A stretch of DNA of 64,000 bases from Candidatus Levybacteria bacterium RIFCSPLOWO2_02_FULL_37_18 (GTDB lineage Bacteria; Patescibacteriota; Microgenomatia; Levybacterales; UBA12049): NCBI GenBank assembly GCA_001784115.1, contig MFPD01000005.1, positions 7,074 through 71,073 of the forward strand, written 5' to 3'. The stretch's first letter is position 1. Every line of letters starts with the position of its first letter. Both the position numbers and the translations under genes were made by a program. The notes under the pieces are model-generated. The model did not search any database and was not told the DNA's origin. It worked only from the letters and a program-made list of their open reading frames with translations. Of the stretch, positions 1 through 8,838 are shown one piece after another.

Positions 1-206
1 CTGAAGACAAATGGTTGTCCACCAAAAGAGACCACGTCTCCAGCTTGTAATTCATTAAATTGAACATGAATAGTGCCGTCTGGATTGACTGATTCCTTCC
101 AGCGAGGTCCATCAGCTTGAGCAACTCCTGCTCCTGGTGTATGCAAAGCTGCTAATGTCGCGCCTACTGTTGCTGCTCTTATTAATCTTTCTTTAATTCC
201 TGCCAT
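1..206 (-). CDS. Secreted hypothetical protein, 5' part (runs off window start)
   Basis: Open frame MAGIKERLIRAATVGATLAALHTPGAGVAQADGPRWKE... from ATG at 206, SD-like AAAGGGGGTGAA upstream, signal-peptide-like N-terminus ending AQA. Confidence 0.7.
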   Translation of the reverse strand, partial: MAGIKERLIRAATVGATLAALHTPGAGVAQADGPRWKESVNPDGTIHVQFNELQAGDVVSFGGQPFVF

Positions 207-224
207 ATATTTCACCCCCTTTCA

Positions 225-360
225 TTCTAAAAATTCTAAATCCTAATATCGAAATCCGAAACAAATTCAAAATTCGAATTATCAAATGTTTAAAACATTT
301 TGTATTTTTAACATTTGATATTCTTTCGGATTTCGTGCTTTGGTATTCGGATTTATGAAT
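225..360. repeat. Heptamer-periodic imperfect inverted repeat array
   Basis: A-rich arm (ttctaaa/tcctaat/atcgaaa/tccgaaa) followed by T-rich mirror arm (ttcggat/ttcgtgc/ttcggat). Confidence 0.65.
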
Positions 361-1048
361 TCTTGTTTGTTTTCTTTCTTAATAGATATCCTGCCGCGCC
401 AAGAGGGAAGAGAGCGAGAAGGGACAGTGCCTCAGGTCCTGTTGGAGGAGTAACTTGTGCTTTGGGAAGAGGGAACACTTCTTTCCCTCCCTTGGTTTGA
501 GCCGGTAATACTTTTTTTTCGATACAAAATTGCGCGTTATCCTGGCTTGTTTGTCCTTCGGACGAAGCAGAAGTTTGGTTGACAACGCAGACTGTTCCTT
601 GGTCTTGCGGTAGTTGAGAAGCCGGCGCAATTTTTCCCTGAACCGGGAAGGTTTTGGATTCATTGGGATTTAAAGAGTCGATTTTAAAGCTAAGGGTTTT
701 TGTATTTTTGTCAAAGCTTCCCATGCCGGTGACAAATTGTACAAATTGAGGGAAAATATCTTTTACTTCTATATTAGAAAGTTTTGTCCCACCATTGTTG
801 GTAACTACTAATCGGAAAGGAACTACATTCTCGGGCGCATATTTTGGATCATTAACACCCAAAGAATCTACCATTTCGTTTGTTTTGGGATTTGCGACTG
901 TTTTATTAATGGCTAAATTTCCCGAGGTAACGCAGGTTTGTCCTCCGCCGTAGACCGGAGTACACGTAGTTGTGCCGGCTGCAAATGTAAAGCTTGTTGA
1001 TAAGAGAAATAAAGAAAGGAGACTGCCCGCGAAAAAATACTTTTTCAT
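353..1048 (-). CDS. Secreted DUF11-like (Ig-like) protein with LPxTG-like (PPTG) C-terminal anchor
   Basis: Signal peptide MKKYFF...TFA; DUF11-like INKTV...FRLVVTNNG...VKDIFP; C-terminus PPTG + hydrophobic helix + RKK. Confidence 0.75.
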   Translation of the reverse strand: MKKYFFAGSLLSLFLLSTSFTFAAGTTTCTPVYGGGQTCVTSGNLAINKTVANPKTNEMVDSLGVNDPKYAPENVVPFRLVVTNNGGTKLSNIEVKDIFPQFVQFVTGMGSFDKNTKTLSFKIDSLNPNESKTFPVQGKIAPASQLPQDQGTVCVVNQTSASSEGQTSQDNAQFCIEKKVLPAQTKGGKEVFPLPKAQVTPPTGPEALSLLALFPLGAAGYLLRKKTNKNS

Positions 1049-1280
1049 AAAAAACAAGAACAACACAACTTATCGTTCTAGGAAATAGGCAGTTGAAATG
1101 CATTATATATATACTATATAAGCTATGTCAATACCTTTTTGTAGGCTCTTATAATTTCTTACAATTCTCTTACTCCAGAATAAATCAGCCTGTCGTAGTT
1201 AATGTCATTTGTATATGTACTATATATATAGGTTTTAAGTATTCTTTTATTGAGAAGCCGTTTTTAGATGTATTGGCTTT

Positions 1281-1820
1281 ACCAAGTCTGACTTGGCTTC
1301 GCCGAGTTTACACTGAGCTTGTCGAACGTGCTCGCAATGACAATTCTAAGATTTAGTGTCCCACTACTAATTTGAGCCTATCCTAGTTAAGGTGTCCCAA
1401 GTCAGGAGATAATCTAGAATTCAGAGTTTAGAATTAAGAACTAAATGTATAATGTTGCATTCTTACGTGAATTTCGCGGTTGTCATTCTGGTAAGTCTCG
1501 CCGAAGGCGACGCAGAATGACAATGGTATTTTAGTAATTTAGCTATATCATTTACTACTACGGTCGTATTAATTTGTGATATATATAAAAAGCGGATTTT
1601 AGATGATTTTATATTCAATTTATACTCAATTGTTTATTTGTTGTTTATTTGTCACGAGTTTCGCGCTTTGTCATAATACCACTTCCATGTCATTCCCGCC
1701 TTCGCGGGGATGACAAAGGAGCCTAAGAGGTCAGTCTTCTAATATGATTATTTTTCGATCGACCCAGCTCAGCTGGGGAGTCGAGAAGTTCTCGACTTCA
1801 CTGCGTTACGCTCGAACAAT
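1281..1820. repeat. Cluster of REP-like palindromes (1281-1342, 1480-1523, 1688-1715, ~1755-1820)
   Basis: tgtcattcccgc-cttc-gcggggatgaca; ttgtcattctg...cagaatgacaa; ...ctcgcaatgaca. Confidence 0.75.
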
Positions 1821-1865
1821 ACCATTTGTGTTAGAAGTGTGACCCGTTACCTTATTTTTTCCATA

Positions 1866-1894
1866 TTGACAAACACAGGGGAATGTGGTGTAAT
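1866..1894 (+). promoter_or_regulatory. Sigma70-type promoter of rho
   Basis: TTGACA (1866-1871), 17 bp, TGTAAT (1889-1894) with extended -10 TG. Confidence 0.65.
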
Positions 1895-1993
1895 ACACAC
1901 GGTTAAGCGCTTCTGGAGGAAAATTTCCACACTATTGATTCTAAAATATACATTATTTATTTCATGGTGAAATCTTCCTAACTCAAAACTCAC

Positions 1994-3319
1994 ATGTCAA
2001 AAATCAACCCCGATCAAATCGGGACCAAAACCAAACCAACAGAAAAAAATACAACTCCTTCCAAAGTAGAGAAGATTATTGGCGAACCAAAGGTACCACA
2101 AGAAGTAAGTTCGCAGCAGAGTTCAAAACAGAGTTCAAACGAAGATTTAGGTGATAGTTCGTATGGGAGAACACAAAATCGCATGTATTCCAATGATGTG
2201 TTATCAAGAGAGCAGAATACCGAGCCGGTTGTAGGTATTTTAGATATCCAGCCGGAAGGCCATGGATTTTTACGGCCTAAATTTATTCCTTCTTCAAGAG
2301 ACATTTACATTTCTCAGTCACAAATTAGAAGATTTTTGCTCCGTCCGGGAGACTCGGTAGCAGGAGTAGCAAGGCCACCCAAAGACACGGAAAGGTATTT
2401 TGGGCTTTTAAAGGTTGAGACAGTAAACGGAATTCCCGCAGATGACTCTTTTAAACGGCCTCACTTTGACGATCTGACGCCAATTTATCCAAAAGCTCAA
2501 GTTGTTTTAGCCACAGGCAAAACTCCTTTATCAACCAGAATTTTAGATTTAGTTTCTCCCATTGGATTTGGTCAAAGAGGCATGGTTGTGTCTCCGCCAA
2601 AAGCCGGTAAAACAACGATTTTAAAAGAAATCGCTGCCGGAATTTCCCAGAATTTTCCCAAAGCGCATTTAATGGCAGCATTAATAGGAGAGCGACCGGA
2701 AGAAGTAACCGACATCTCACAATCTGTCAAAGGAGACGTGGTAGCGTCTAATTTTGACGAGCCGCCGGAAAGTCAAACCAGGGTCGCGGAAATAACCTTG
2801 GACAGGGCCAAGAGACTGGTAGAAATGGGAATTGACGTGATTATCCTGCTTGATTCTATTACACGGCTTGCCCGGGCATATAATCTTTCCATTGCTCCTT
2901 CGGGTCGTACTTTGTCAGGCGGATTTGATCCTGCTGCGTTATGGCCGGCAAAGCGGTTTTTTGGCGCAGCCAGAAACTGTCAGGAAGGCGGATCTTTAAC
3001 TATTATCGGTACTGCTTTGGTTGAAACCGGTTCGCGCATGGATGATTTGATTTATGAAGAATTTAAAGGTACGGGAAACATGGAACTTCATTTGGACAGA
3101 AAACTGGCAGACAGAAGAATTTTCCCGGCAATTAATGTAGAAAGAAGCGGTACCAGACAGGAAGAATTAATTTTATCGGAAAAAGATTATAAGCGGATTG
3201 TAACCATGAGAAGAATGCTTGACATGCTGGGTTCGGACGAAAGGACGCAAATGTTAATTGACAGGCTTTCCAAAACAGCCACAAATGAGGAATTCCTCGA
3301 GGGACTTGGGAAAGAATAA
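1994..3319 (+). CDS. rho: Transcription termination factor Rho
   Basis: GHGFLR RNA-binding motif, PIGFGQRG, Walker A PPKAGKT, LLDSITRLARAYN, EEFKGTGNMELHLDR. Confidence 0.98.
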   Translation: MSKINPDQIGTKTKPTEKNTTPSKVEKIIGEPKVPQEVSSQQSSKQSSNEDLGDSSYGRTQNRMYSNDVLSREQNTEPVVGILDIQPEGHGFLRPKFIPSSRDIYISQSQIRRFLLRPGDSVAGVARPPKDTERYFGLLKVETVNGIPADDSFKRPHFDDLTPIYPKAQVVLATGKTPLSTRILDLVSPIGFGQRGMVVSPPKAGKTTILKEIAAGISQNFPKAHLMAALIGERPEEVTDISQSVKGDVVASNFDEPPESQTRVAEITLDRAKRLVEMGIDVIILLDSITRLARAYNLSIAPSGRTLSGGFDPAALWPAKRFFGAARNCQEGGSLTIIGTALVETGSRMDDLIYEEFKGTGNMELHLDRKLADRRIFPAINVERSGTRQEELILSEKDYKRIVTMRRMLDMLGSDERTQMLIDRLSKTATNEEFLEGLGKE

Positions 3320-3387
3320 TATAAAATTTCTAAATCCTAAATCCTAATGTTCTAACGTGTAACTGTTCACGCTTCCGACACGATCTC

Positions 3388-3453
3388 GTCATCCTGAGCG
3401 TAGTAAAGGATCTATTCGGTAAAAGATTCTTCTGCTTTCAGTCTCAGAATGAC
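3388..3453. repeat. REP-like palindrome
   Basis: gtcatcctgag...gatct...agattc...ctcagaatgac. Confidence 0.75.
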
Positions 3454-3536
3454 AGTTTTATGTTAGAACTGTGACCTGTTACTCTAACGTAATTTATTTG
3501 ACTTTCTTATCAAATCTTGCTACTCTTTAAGCTCCC

Positions 3537-4655
3537 ATGTTTTCCAAATTTAAACTTCCAAAGATTGAGTGGCCTGCTGTATTAAATGTATTGTCTCTCT
3601 TTTCAAGCTTTCTATTTTACTATTGGAAGAAAAGAGTCCTAACCGCTTCGATTGTTTTTGAGAAAAACAAAAACGTGGCGGTTAGGTTTTTTATCATGAA
3701 GCGGGGTCGGTACAACCGGCCGTTTTTGCATATTACCACCATGATTGTTTTGGCAATCGGCGTTTTTATTGCTCCTTTTTTAGCAGACACCTATCCGGTG
3801 TTTTCAACAGGTTCTTCAACGTTTGCGTTTTCAACATTAAATAAAGCAGAATCTATAACAGTTGATTCACAAGTTTTTTCAACCAATGTTTCGCAAAAAC
3901 CCAGGGATAAGATAGAAACGTATATAGTACAAAAAGGAGATACGCTTTCGACAATCGCCAAGAAATTTGATATATCGGTCGAAACGATTAAATGGGCAAA
4001 TGATTTAACAGATGATGACTTAACAGTAGGGGATACTTTAAAAATTTTGCCGGTTACAGGAATATCTCATAAGGTATCAAAAGGAGATACAGTATATACA
4101 ATTGCTAAAAAATATGACATAAATCCGCAGCTCATCGTTGATTTTCCATTTAATGAGTTCGCAAACCCGGAGACATTTTCTTTAGTAGAGGGGCAGATCG
4201 TTATAGTCCCGGAGGGAGTAAAGCCGTCAGAAAAGCCTGTATTCAGGAGACAAACGTATGTAGTCCAAGGACCAATATCAATCTCTTCTGCAGGATTTAC
4301 TTGGCCTTTGCGGGGAGAAATCAGCCAGTTTGCCGCGTGGTATCACATGGCTTTAGATATTACCTCACCTGTTGGTACGCCAATTGTTGCAGCTCAGGAT
4401 GGGAAGGTCGTTAAATCCTTAATTGGAGTATGGGATGGAGGATATGGGACAAGTGTTATGGTAGATAATGGAGAAGGGTATTCTTCTTTGTATGCGCACT
4501 TGTCAGGAGTTAGCGTAGATGTAGGAGATACCGTTGTAGCGGGAAAGACAGTTTTAGGCTGGGTTGGAATGACAGGGAGAACTACAGGTCCTCATGTCCA
4601 TTTCGAAATCAGCCGCAATGGAGTCTTAGTTAATCCAATGTCGTACCTACAGTAG
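3537..4655 (+). CDS. Membrane-anchored LysM x2 + M23 family peptidoglycan endopeptidase
   Basis: Two LysM motifs (YIVQKGDTLSTIAKKF; HKVSKGDTVYTIAKKY), HxxxD (HMALD), YAHL, TGPHVHFE. Confidence 0.92.
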   Translation: MFSKFKLPKIEWPAVLNVLSLFSSFLFYYWKKRVLTASIVFEKNKNVAVRFFIMKRGRYNRPFLHITTMIVLAIGVFIAPFLADTYPVFSTGSSTFAFSTLNKAESITVDSQVFSTNVSQKPRDKIETYIVQKGDTLSTIAKKFDISVETIKWANDLTDDDLTVGDTLKILPVTGISHKVSKGDTVYTIAKKYDINPQLIVDFPFNEFANPETFSLVEGQIVIVPEGVKPSEKPVFRRQTYVVQGPISISSAGFTWPLRGEISQFAAWYHMALDITSPVGTPIVAAQDGKVVKSLIGVWDGGYGTSVMVDNGEGYSSLYAHLSGVSVDVGDTVVAGKTVLGWVGMTGRTTGPHVHFEISRNGVLVNPMSYLQ

Positions 4656-4750
4656 CATACAGTATAGAGTATATGGTATTATAGTATATAGCAAATAAAA
4701 TCTTGTTCCCGAATACAATATACTTTATACCCGATACTCTATACTCGTTT

Positions 4751-4821
4751 GGGCCTGTAGGTAAACGGCATACCGATACATTCGCATTGTATAATTCCGA
4801 GTTCAATTCTCGGCAGGTCCA
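4751..4821 (+). tRNA. tRNA-Ala(CGC)
   Basis: Acceptor GGGCCTG/CAGGTCC with G3:U70; anticodon stem ATACA/TGTAT, loop TTCGCAT; T-arm CCGAG-TTCAATT-CTCGG. Confidence 0.85.
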
Positions 4822-4822
4822 C

Positions 4823-4898
4823 GGGCCGTTAGCTCAGTTGGCAGAGCGTTCGCATGGCATGCGAAAGGTCACCAGTCCAAATCTGGTACGGTCCACCA
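4823..4898 (+). tRNA. tRNA-Ala(GGC)
   Basis: Acceptor GGGCCGT/ACGGTCC with G3:U70; D-arm AGCTCAGTTGGCAGAGC; anticodon loop ATGGCAT; encoded CCA. Confidence 0.92.
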
Positions 4899-4899
4899 T

Positions 4900-5270
4900 G
4901 TCATAATTCTTCTAGTATTTTCTTTAAGGCTTAATATGGAGTGAGGTAGGTTTTGTTAGATTTTCTTCTGTTTTCTCCATTCTCTGAGGCTAAATCACCC
5001 TGATGGACAGTATCTATCTTGATATACCCTGGACTTTTCCTCTTTCACCTTTCCTTAACTTTCTGAAATTAAACCTCACTAAAACTTCCTTAACCCATTC
5101 ATACTTTTGTTTCTTGGAACCTCCTGAAAACTTGACAGGAGGTATTCCATTTAAGAATTTCCCCAGAGCATTAAAGTCATTTAAGTTTGTATCAATCATA
5201 GTAATATTCATAACCTATGATTTTACAAGACCTTAGCTTCTACATGCTCATCTTGCATGAGACAAGACTT
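4900..5270 (-). pseudogene. Internally deleted DDE (rve integrase-type) IS transposase relic
   Basis: N-terminal ORF 5211-5014 (KYEWVKEVLVRFNFRKLRKGERG) joined out of frame to PGYIKIDTVHQGD and then RRKSNKTYLTPY*. Confidence 0.6.
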
Positions 5271-5466
5271 CTTCTTGCTATTTTCATTTTTATTATATAT
5301 AATACATTTTGGATGAACCAGCTTCTTTCGTCACCGCTCTGATTTTTGAGATGGTAGACCAAAAAGAGATATGGAATCAGAGGAGGTGAGAAACTAATTT
5401 ACAATTTTCAATTTACAATTTTCAAATAAATTTTGAATTTTGCATTTTGAATTTTAAATTTACTTC

Positions 5467-5748
5467 ATGGCTTTTCAAGATCAAACATTACAATGCCGAG
5501 ATTGCGGCAAACAATTTACCTGGACAGCTTCGGAACAAGAATTCTATCAGCAAAAAGGTTTTCAAAACGCTCCGGTCAGATGTCCTGATTGTAGAACTTT
5601 AAAAAAGGCTCGAATGAACAATCAAGACCGACCACGAGAAATGAATGAGATAACATGCGCGGAGTGCGGAAGAAAAGACACAGTACCGTTTGTACCGCGA
5701 GGTGACAGACCGGTACTTTGTCGAGATTGCTTTAGAAAAGGAAAATAA
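5467..5748 (+). CDS. Zinc-ribbon / CxxC-x17-CxxC domain protein
   Basis: CRDCGKQF...EQEFY..KGF.NAPVRCPDCR and CAECG...VPF.P...RPVLCRDCF. Confidence 0.9.
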   Translation: MAFQDQTLQCRDCGKQFTWTASEQEFYQQKGFQNAPVRCPDCRTLKKARMNNQDRPREMNEITCAECGRKDTVPFVPRGDRPVLCRDCFRKGK

Positions 5749-5778
5749 AAAGGGTTTAATCGGATCCCGTTCTACATT

Positions 5779-5893
5779 GCAAGACCCGCTCAGCGAGTCT
5801 TGTTACTTTAGTTGAGAGTTTATTTTCTTTCGCTAAGTGAAAGTCGGCTCCGAATCTAAATAAATATTCAAGATTATACTGAGCCGACTTTCA
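5779..5893. terminator. Hairpins between convergent genes (putative terminators)
   Basis: caagacccgct-c-agcgagtcttg and gaaagtcggctc...gagccgactttc. Confidence 0.5.
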
Positions 5894-5920
5894 ATTGTCT
5901 TGCAAGTGGAAACAGGATCC

Positions 5921-8062
5921 TTATTTATTTGTAGCGGATTTAGTAGACGTAAGAGCAGGAATGGCAATCGGAGGTTTTTTCTCCGGCAATTGAGTAGTTG
6001 GTTTGTTTATCCCCAGCTTGTCTGTTGGTTTCTCAGCTGCTTTTTTCGCTTCTTCTGCTTGAGTTTTTCCCGTTTGAATCTTTTTTTCTACGCTGTCAAT
6101 TTCCACTTGAATTTTGGAACTATTGGCAGTATCAGAGGCAACTAATGTCTTAACGGTTTTATATTGCGTTAAAGCTTCCTCTAAATCGCCTTTGCTTTCT
6201 AATGCATGGCCTAAATTGTAATAACCGTTTGGCAGGTCCGGTTTTAGAGAAATTGCGATTTGGAATTGTCTTTGGGCATTATCCCATTGTCCAAGCTGGT
6301 AATAGACTCCGCCAAGGTAGATATATTGCTGCGGGTTATTTGAATCTAAAGCTTGTGCTTGTTGAGAAGCGAGTATCGCAAAGTTTTCCGCGCTCTGACC
6401 AAAGCCGATTAGGCTTCTGTAGATAGAGGAAAGATTTTCCCAGTTTTGCGAAGTTTTGGGAGAAAGACTAGTTGCTGTTTTAGCCGATTCAATTGCCTGT
6501 TGGATGAGCCTGTAAATAGTAGCTTGGGTTTGCGTATTGTCACTGCTGCCTTTTTGCTGGTTAGCTATAAATGCCGCCACGGCTATATTGGTTTGCGAGA
6601 ATACCCGGTAGTATCCGTCTCTGTACGGAAAGAGTTTGATAGCACTGTTTTGATAATCATATGTTTGAGAACCGAGGTTTTTTGAAGCCGCAACGACCGA
6701 TTTCTGAAACAAAACATCCGAGGCAACATAGAGATAGGTATAATATCCAAGCGCCAACGAAACTCCTGCCAGCAGTAAAAAAAATACTGCCGGGAGGAAT
6801 TTTCCTCTTTCTTGCGGTTTTGAGTCCACGTTTTCGATAGCAAACATTCCCCTTTTTAAAGCTACAAAATATATTTCTATGTCAAAAATACTCTGAGGAT
6901 TTGTTCCTATTGCTGCTTCGGAAACGGCAAAAAGCCCCAAAATGACAAAAAAGAGCGTAATAATAGTCGGCGAAAACGGCAAGACAAGACTTGCCGCCAA
7001 TAAGAGAAGGAGAGACAAAGAATATGGATTTTTAGAATAATTTCCTCCGGTGAAATACCCAAGGGGATGTGTTGTCTTAATGACTTTTACGGCGATATAT
7101 AGAAATGATACAAGTCCTAATACTCCGGTAGTTGCTAAGAGTTCCAAGACAAAACTTGAGGACCGGTAAAACGTTAAAGACCACATATTTGGATTTAGAT
7201 TAAACTGTGCTTGTTTAAATTTGGTAAAAACGCTGGCAAACGTGCCGAATCCCGATCCGAATAAAAATCCTTGAAACAATCTTTGAGAATCCTGAGAAAT
7301 AGAAGCAAAAGCGGTCTGAAAACCGGTTGAGAAGGGAAGGATAAGTGCTTTTTGCGGGAAAGCCAAAGCATACAGCGTAACACTTGTCCCGATAAGCGTT
7401 AGAAGTGTAGTGATAGCCAGCAATAAAAATTGCGGATCTTTTATTTGCTTTTGGAGATTTTTGATGTTTGTCTTTCTTATTCCATCAGGAAAAAGCATGG
7501 GAAAGAAGAATATTCCCAAAGCCAAAGTAATTACTAAAAAGAGAGCCTGATCGATAAGTGATCCAAACGGGCTGAAAAACTGGGTTTTGGTGTAAGAAAG
7601 CGGCAGTATATAGATTTTAAAATAGGAAAACGTGATAATAACAGAAACAACGCTGCTTGCTGAAAGGAGTACTAAAATCGAAAAAATCGCGTCAAATTTA
7701 GTCCTGAGATGATTTACAATAGCAAAGAAAAGAAGGACTGAAAAAAGAAACGGAAACAGGCTAATAATAGAATCAATTCTATTGGGTGAGAAGAAAGCAG
7801 AAACGGCGACAAAAAGAGTAAAGAGTAAGACCGGTACGTCAAAAAATGTCCTTCGAATCCTTACTGTCCCATCCTGAATCGATTTTAGTCCGATAAGAAG
7901 AATTCCCAAAAGAGAAGCAAAAGCAAGGAGAGTTTGTTTTGGCACGCTAAAAATGTCTGTGGTTTGGTTGGTCAAAATAAGCGGAAAGCCGATTAAAAAT
8001 ATGCCTAAAACAGCCAAAGAAACAAGATGTAAAGTAGAAAAATTCTTTAGTTTTAATTTCAT
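5921..8062 (-). CDS. Polytopic membrane protein, O-antigen ligase/oligosaccharyltransferase-like, with C-terminal TPRs
   Basis: ~13 hydrophobic segments, FGSGFGTF and ELLATTGVLG motifs, TPRs (YIYLGGVYYQLG; YYNLGHALE); start set at 8062 because TTGACA-17-TACAGT lies at 8109-8081. Confidence 0.8.
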   Translation of the reverse strand: MKLKLKNFSTLHLVSLAVLGIFLIGFPLILTNQTTDIFSVPKQTLLAFASLLGILLIGLKSIQDGTVRIRRTFFDVPVLLFTLFVAVSAFFSPNRIDSIISLFPFLFSVLLFFAIVNHLRTKFDAIFSILVLLSASSVVSVIITFSYFKIYILPLSYTKTQFFSPFGSLIDQALFLVITLALGIFFFPMLFPDGIRKTNIKNLQKQIKDPQFLLLAITTLLTLIGTSVTLYALAFPQKALILPFSTGFQTAFASISQDSQRLFQGFLFGSGFGTFASVFTKFKQAQFNLNPNMWSLTFYRSSSFVLELLATTGVLGLVSFLYIAVKVIKTTHPLGYFTGGNYSKNPYSLSLLLLLAASLVLPFSPTIITLFFVILGLFAVSEAAIGTNPQSIFDIEIYFVALKRGMFAIENVDSKPQERGKFLPAVFFLLLAGVSLALGYYTYLYVASDVLFQKSVVAASKNLGSQTYDYQNSAIKLFPYRDGYYRVFSQTNIAVAAFIANQQKGSSDNTQTQATIYRLIQQAIESAKTATSLSPKTSQNWENLSSIYRSLIGFGQSAENFAILASQQAQALDSNNPQQYIYLGGVYYQLGQWDNAQRQFQIAISLKPDLPNGYYNLGHALESKGDLEEALTQYKTVKTLVASDTANSSKIQVEIDSVEKKIQTGKTQAEEAKKAAEKPTDKLGINKPTTQLPEKKPPIAIPALTSTKSATNK

Positions 8063-8159
8063 GTTTTTGAGTGTATATTTACTGTAACAACGAAAAAATA
8101 TCTTGTCAATAGATCGAAATATAACAAAGTTGTCATACCCGCTGACATTAAACAGGTTT

Positions 8160-8299
8160 AATCTATGCGCCAGGTAAAAAGCTGATAAGCATGTTCCGCC
8201 GGTTAAGAAAAATGAGCTAGCAAATGATGCACTAAAAAAAAGCTGTAAAATTGTAATCTGGTGTGGTAGCAAGATAGCCTTATTATTAAGGCTATACAT
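8160..8299 (-). pseudogene. AbiEii-like nucleotidyltransferase toxin, N-terminal fragment
   Basis: LLPHQITILQLFF...FFLTGGTCLSAFYLAHRL, stops before the expected DLDF motif. Confidence 0.65.
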
Positions 8300-8501
8300 G
8301 GTATCCCCAAACCTGTAATGCTCTATGCCAGGCATTTTTGACAGTTTTGGGCAGCGATAACTTAGGGAAATAACTAACGATTTCAGAAATTGTTAGGTAC
8401 TTAAAAATATCTTGGTAATGGGCATGGGTAAGTATACGGCCAATAATCCACCTTTTTTCTACTTCATTTTTGCCATTGAGGATGGCATGAATTTGTGCAT
8501 C
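8292..8501 (-). pseudogene. Putative antitoxin partner of AbiEii-like gene, lacking its 5' end
   Basis: Frame without start DAQIHAILNGKNEVEKRWIIGRILTHAHYQDIFKYL...WHRALQVWGYHV*, stop overlapping the AbiEii-like ATG. Confidence 0.5.
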
Positions 8502-8797
8502 GTTCCTTCCAGAATGACACTATACAAGTCTTTCCAATTCGGATTCATACCTTCAACTAACTGGTTTTTCTTCCTTCTAACAAGGTTTTTAATAGTTTTT
8601 TCTCTTGCAATGGCAATCATGGGATGTTCTGCTACTTCGTAGTAAACAAGCTTGTTAATATTGTATTTGCTGGTGAATCCATTTGCTACTTTATTTTTGT
8701 GTTGCCAAACGCGTTTTATAAGATTATCGGTCATTCCGTTATAAAGTGTGGTGTTTGTTTTGTTAGTCATAATATAAACATAATATTGTTTAGACAT
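8459..8797 (-). CDS. Small stand-alone GIY-YIG nuclease
   Basis: YYVYIMTN...LYNGMTDNLIKRVWQHK...FTSKYNINKLVYYE...AIAREKTIK...NPNWKDLY; C-terminus reads into a palindrome. Confidence 0.92.
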   Translation of the reverse strand: MSKQYYVYIMTNKTNTTLYNGMTDNLIKRVWQHKNKVANGFTSKYNINKLVYYEVAEHPMIAIAREKTIKNLVRRKKNQLVEGMNPNWKDLYSVILEGTMHKFMPSSMAKMK

Positions 8798-8802
8798 ATG
8801 TT

Positions 8803-8838
8803 AGATTCTATCGTGGTCGTTGCCACTCCAGAATGACA
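8803..8838. repeat. REP-like half palindrome upstream of GIY-YIG (second copy at 8500-8519)
   Basis: agattctatcgtggtcgttgccactccagaatgaca and tcgttccttccagaatgaca. Confidence 0.75.

Noticed and set aside
1093-1356. 87-aa ORF in the intergenic region
   Set aside because: No recognisable motifs; partly composed of a palindrome
8063-8335. N-terminal extension of the 804-aa ORF
   Set aside because: Chance in-frame read-through of an AbiEii-like relic; a TTGACA-17-TACAGT promoter lies inside it
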